From the NCBI GenBank assembly GCA_973895155.1, contig OZ316896.1:7697278-7761277 (forward strand): a stretch of 64,000 nt of DNA. Direction: 5' to 3'. A program made the translations under genes and the position numbers. Shown here in pieces: positions 58,901 to 64,000 of this stretch. Each line of letters begins with the position of its first letter. Position 1 is the first letter of the stretch. The notes under the pieces are model-generated. The model saw nothing but the letters and a program-made list of their open reading frames with translations, did not search any database and was not told where the DNA came from. The DNA is from Marsupella aquatica (Eukaryota; Plantae; Marchantiophyta).

Positions 58901-61813
58901 GGCATTTGCTGCTGGGATGTGGGAGCGGGTCACTTGGGCGGCATCTGTAAAAGAGTCGGGTAGGTGTTCTACCATCCTGGCCAAGTGGAGGATCCGTTGT
59001 ACTTTGGTGTCTGCGTGGCTGTCCCGTGGGTCATTCCAGAATTCAACATCAATTTGCCAAGTGAGGTGAGTCTTCTTCTTTGTGTCGAGTTGTTGTGCTG
59101 TTTGTAAACTTGGGAAGATCTCTTCATAGAAGTGGCAATCTGCATGTCTTTGTGGTCCCATTTTGGTTCTCTTGGGTCCCAGGATGGGTACCATGACTTT
59201 GCAGCCGAACGTTCTCAGGTGGGAGACATTTGGCATGCTCCCAAATGCTAAGTGGTAAGGGGTGGTTGAGTTAAATGATGATGGTCTATAACTTAGTAGG
59301 GCAGCCGAGTGGAGGATGGCGTGGCCCCAAGCAGCTGTTGGTAAGTTCGTCTGCATTAGCAGGGGTCTGGCAATTAGCTGTAGTTGCTTGATCAGGGATT
59401 CCATTTTGAAAATGGACATGGGGTACTGGGTACTGAACATCGATGCCTATGGCATGGCAAAAATCTTTGAATGTCTTAGAGGTAAATTCACCAGCGTTAT
59501 CTACTCTCAGTGTTCTAATTTGGTTTTCAGGGAATTGAGCTCTTAGTTTTAGTATGTGGGCAAGGAGTCTGGAGAATACTAGGTTTCTTGTGGATAATAA
59601 AGATATCTGACTCCATTTTGTGGATGCGTCTATGACTGCCAGAAAGAATCGGAATGGGCCGCTAGGAGGGTCGATTGGTCCGCATACATCAGCGTGTATG
59701 CGTTCCACGAAACGTGGGATTTGATGTTCAGTTTTTGGTGGCGAGGGCCGGATTATTAGCTTTCCCTGTGAGCAAGCCAAACAAGTGGCTTTCATGGACG
59801 TGGGGTGTACTTTCTCCGGTATACCTTGGGTTTCTCTGATGAGCTTCTGGAACATTGTCATTCCAGGGTGGCCAAGTCTCCTATGCCAGATCTCGGTAAG
59901 TGTTCCTTGGGGTGCTTCAATGTGGAAACTATAGATTTTAGTAGTATAACAGCCAGGGGGTGAAGCACGTAGGATCTCTCTGGTCTTTGTGTTTGGTGGT
60001 TCCCCCAAGGTAATGTACAGGACCTCCCGTCCATCTTGGGTGCCCGTCTTGATGTGTAGCTTGTTAGCACGGATATCTCCGAAGCTCAGTAAGTTCCTGG
60101 TTGCCTTTGGAGCATATATGGCAGACTTCACCTGGATGGGCGTGCCGCCAGGTAGGGTGACCACTATAGGTCCAAATCCCTCTTCCAATTGATGCTGGCC
60201 CATAATAGTCGTTAGTTTTCTTTGTGATGGTATAATTTGCTTAAAGTATTCCTTATGCTTGAAGATGGAATGCGATGTACCGCTGTCTACTATGCAGTGG
60301 GATAGGTTTTCTTTTATGGTAGAGTTGTCGCTTGATGTAGTCATATTTATAGATGGTATTAGATCAGTGGATTCTAAGAAGGCCCCATATGTCTCGGGTT
60401 CATTTTGTTCAATACTCTTCTTATATAATTGTACAAGGTGTATAGGGGCACGACAGAATTTTTGAATGTGGCCCTTAGTTCCGCAACAAAAACATGTAGA
60501 GGGGTTTTCGTATTTATCTCTTTGAGCGCTTTGCTGATGAGGTATCCTCGATCGGGGTTGAGAATTGTCTCTTTGCCCATTGTTTCTGAAGTTGTATCCG
60601 TTGTTTTGATATCTCCCCCTAGATCTGCCTCTGAAAGAGTTGTTTCTGCCCCCGAGTCCTCTTGGGGGACCTCCTCGACCTCTGTTTGTATTTCTCCCCC
60701 TGAAGTTGCCTTGGCCGCGGTAAGATGATCCCTCTCCTCTTTGAGTTGTCACGTAATGAGATTCTGTGTTTGTGACTGGGGGGAGGGTGCCGGGAGGTCG
60801 TTTTTGGGAGTTTTGTAATAGCAATAGCTGATGCTTCTCAGCTAGGAGCATATGTGCGATCAATTCAGAGTATTTGGTGAATCGCATGTTGCGGTATTGC
60901 GTGGAGAGGATGAGATTGGTAGAGTGGAAGGTGGATAGCGTTTTCTCGATCTGTTCTTCATCATTTATAGGGTGGCCACATATGGCCAATTGTGATACTA
61001 TCCGGAATAACTCGCAGTTGTAGTCCGCGATCGTCTTATGGTCTTGGACTCTAAGATTGATCCAATCGTGTCTGGCTGCAGGCAGGTATATGGTGCGGGT
61101 GTGGTCGAAGCGAGATTGAAGTTCTTCCCAGAGGATCCTTGGATTGTATTCGTTCATGTACTGCCGCTTCAAGGAGTCGCTCAAATGGTGTCTGATTAGT
61201 ATCAATGCCTGCGCCTTTTGCTAGAGAGTTAGGCCATGTCAGTTATTACATTATCCTGTAGATTCTTTGAAGTTAAATGAGCTTCCGCATCAAGCGACCA
61301 GGACAAGTAATTGGCGCCATCGATGCTGAGTGGTTGAAATAAAAGTTTCTCCATGGAATTTGTTGACATTCTCCTGGATAATTTCTTATTGATAAACTCA
61401 ATTGGTGAAGTTGAAGGAATTGGGAATAAATTTTCAAATCATGTTTGGCAAATTTGGAGTTTCTTATCTCATTGCCCGATTTCGTATCCAATTTGCTTCG
61501 ATCATTGACATGCAGTCTCACGGGATGATTTCGGCCACCACTGCACCTTCGTCTGCCTTTAACCCTGCCCTTAATGATGGAGAGAAAAAAAATCTTGCAA
61601 TGGATGGAAAAATGTAATCCCTAAAAAAAATTGGTTCAAGTCCGGCATTGTGCTGATAACATGTTGTAAGGTGTTGAACAACTCATGACTTCATTCATTA
61701 TCTCCCCATTACATATAGCTCCTATGGAGGCTAGGCAGTTAGGCGGTTGGGATTAGCCTAATTGTAGTAGGGTTTAACCCTAGGTAGAGTAGGTTTGTGT
61801 ATGGATTATAACA
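55999..61813 (-). mobile_element. Ty1/copia LTR retrotransposon, Bianca-like, decayed
   Basis: 152-bp LTRs 55999-56150 and 61662-61813 (3 differences seen); TSD CTTGC; PPT at 56151; atypical PBS TGTTATCAGCAC; Bianca-type Gag (LIRHHL...WINLRVQD...EKTLSTFH). Confidence 0.93.
56864..61205 (-). pseudogene. Bianca-like gag-pol polyprotein with frameshift, deletions and stops
   Basis: IVDSGTSH, WHRRLGHPG, IHADVCGP, VDNAGEF, HKARLVARG, IYVDNL (YVDD altered), GYADAGY, NIADLFTK across ORFs 59286-61205, 58535-59440, 58190-58525, 56864-58015. Confidence 0.92.
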
Positions 61814-62122
61814 CTTGCTTGTTTTTTGAACATATTTTCAAATTTTCTTCAAATCTAGAAAAAGGAACTAGGGCCTTGGACCCCTCCTTTAAGGCTGATT
61901 GTTTTTGCTTGAAATCGGTTTTCATAAAGCGTTTGTTAGCGTCGGCTAAAAACCACAATCAAACACTCCGCATGTTTTCATTGTGTGCCAAGTAGGCATG
62001 GGGCCCTGGCTTAGGGCCTTATGTCCACTCTTCTTTTGCTTGAAGATTTCATTGTAATCTGGGAATCTGTTTGGCTGCTTCTAGATTGTGGACATAGATC
62101 CAAATTCCACCGAAATCTGCAA

Positions 62123-62420
62123 TTATGATTTCTTGGACATTCCAGACTCTTGGGCATTGTTGTTCTGCAATGTATTTGACCGAGAATGCAGCGGTGCCAT
62201 TGGCAATCCCATTGGTGTAGGCAATGGTGGTTTGGAGGTGAAGTCAAATGCTTTGATCACTGAACCCTTGCCTTTGCATTCCAAGACCCATTTTTGAATC
62301 CTCATTTTATGGCCAGGGATTCTGATTCCAGACTCCTTCAAGAGATCATCAATGTCTTCCTTGGTGCATTGGAAAATTGAACCATTGATATGCAATTATC
62401 CAATATAATGTACAACCCAA
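62123..62420 (-). pseudogene. SAM (sterile alpha motif)-like coding fragment
   Basis: HINGSIF..TKEDIDDLLKESGIRIPGHKMRIQKWV resembles the SAM consensus IDG..L.L..EDLKELGI..GH..KI. Confidence 0.45.
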
Positions 62421-62899
62421 TTGACGTAAGGACTCCAATTTGGCGCCCACCTAGAGCCCAAGGTATATGCTTAATGGGCCCCAAAACAATATTTTCTTGC
62501 TTGATCAACCCTCAAAGTCCATTTGGTACTCAATCAGCCCCCTTTGGCAGCTTCTTAATTACTGATAGTTCTTGCAAGGAGCCCCACCTCCGTGATAGGA
62601 AACAGGAAACAATAATTAATGATCATAACAGGAAAAAGAGTGCAATAAAACAGGAGATTACCTACTATCATCGAAAAAACACGACATAATTTTGGACAAC
62701 AAAGGAGACCAAGTTCAATCGGAACTCCAATATTTTTAGGGCTGAATACAACAATTATCAAAAGACCCTTTTACTAGCGCCGAGCGCTACCCAAATACTT
62801 GTTACCGTTAAAAACAACATTCCAAAAATGCCCGTTCAACGTCTAGTAGAGTGCTAAGAATTCCTATAAACCATGCGAATTCCTCCTTCCTATGATGTA

Positions 62900-63892
62900 C
62901 TAGAGTTCTCCAACAGTCAAAATTGGTTGGCTTGGTAAGACCAAATTCAACGGATCAAGCTTGAAGATCGTTTTGTAAACCTAGTACAAATGTTTACAAG
63001 GCATGAAAGGTCTTCCTCAAGAATGCCGGCGAAAGAAGTCCTCACAAGAGCAACAGGGGAATATGCAAATCTACACCCAATAAGTGTTTGCCGTCCTTAG
63101 ATGAGCATGTGTTTGGATGAGTAATCATTTCCCATAAGAGTTCCCCAAGGAAACATCCAATTCTGTGATAAGAGTCATCGTTTCCTTCGCAGCAAATTCG
63201 ATCCTTCTATGGTATTCCTGAGTAAGATTTGATCTGGGGTTCATTGGGCGCCCATTCCTAGTTCGAACACGGATGTTGATTTGTGCCATATTGATCTTCT
63301 CAGGAAAAACATCAATATTGATTTTCAAGTCAAAAGGCGTAGGGTTGGCAGGCATGCTTTGGTGGTGTTGTGTGGAGATTGCAACACCCTGTTCTTCCAG
63401 GAAACGTAACTCCAAGTTCGACAAATATGTTCCTTTTAGTACTGGCAAGGACAATAGATAAGGAGGCAGGTTAGCGATGCCTCAACGTGGGCGGGTCTTC
63501 CAACAATTGCCACTGGGGCAAAACCACACAAACTCGGCATGAGGTTCACCTCTGAACAGGCGATGTCCCTTCACAACAATTCCGATCACACCAGCATTGA
63601 AAGGATATCCAACCTTCTTAATCCAATTTCGACACTCATCACAATCGCATCTCCCGGACAGTATCCCGTTACATTGAGGACCAGGCCCAAGTCTTGAAAT
63701 TTGATGAAGATGCCAAGACTCGGGTTCAACGGTCATCTCCAAAAGCGACGGGTCTGGGAGGACTAGAGTTTGGTCCAAAGAGACTTTGAGTAATGTGGAA
63801 GATGTTGCATGTTGACCAAAAGGTGGTGTGTCCTGCATGGCTCGATATAGGTTTATGTAAGAAACTTGTAATTTTTTTTGCTTTTTGAACAA
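62900..63892 (-). pseudogene. Decayed SWIM zinc-finger protein, C-terminal part
   Basis: One frame through stops at 63482, 63125, 63071 and two more: ...FVWFCPSGNC...LPVLKGTYLS...TYWV*ICIFPCCSCEDF...PFMPCKHLY*VY = CxC-x(n)-CxH SWIM motif. Confidence 0.75.
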
Positions 63893-64000
63893 GGAATAGT
63901 AAGAAAGATGTTTTAGTGTACCAAAGTATTTAGGGTTTGCAACCCTAAGTAACTAGGGAAGGCTAGTAGGAAATAATTTAAGGTAGAAGATATGATGTTG

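Overview
Plant (probably non-seed plant) heterochromatic window made almost entirely of nested transposable elements; no ordinary host gene is recognisable. In order: (1) the right part of a CACTA/En-Spm element (CACTA-1, 1-18175) with a decayed transposase, an intact stand-alone EDM2-type composite PHD-finger ORF and a long ATGAC-rich subterminal region whose ~578-bp tandem array is interrupted by a Ty1/copia element (10248-16113, TSD AAATC); (2) two nested ~4.7-kb solo LTRs (20284-29655 containing 21316-25978); (3) an old locus with a beta-class amino (m6A/m4C) DNA methyltransferase exon split by (4) a complete second CACTA element (CACTA-2, 31066-55561, TSD GTT). CACTA-2 carries a SET-domain exon inside the first transposase intron plus a divergently transcribed TnpA-like gene, and is itself interrupted by (5) a full Ty3/gypsy element (33231-48001, TSD CGTAC) whose 4.66-kb LTR encodes a ~1100-1200 aa PMD-like/coiled-coil protein; (6) a Bianca-type copia (55999-61813, TSD CTTGC), followed by decayed SAM-like and SWIM zinc-finger coding remnants. 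The main signal is that several unrelated elements here each carry a chromatin reader/writer module. All family assignments are by eye from motifs; no searches were run.
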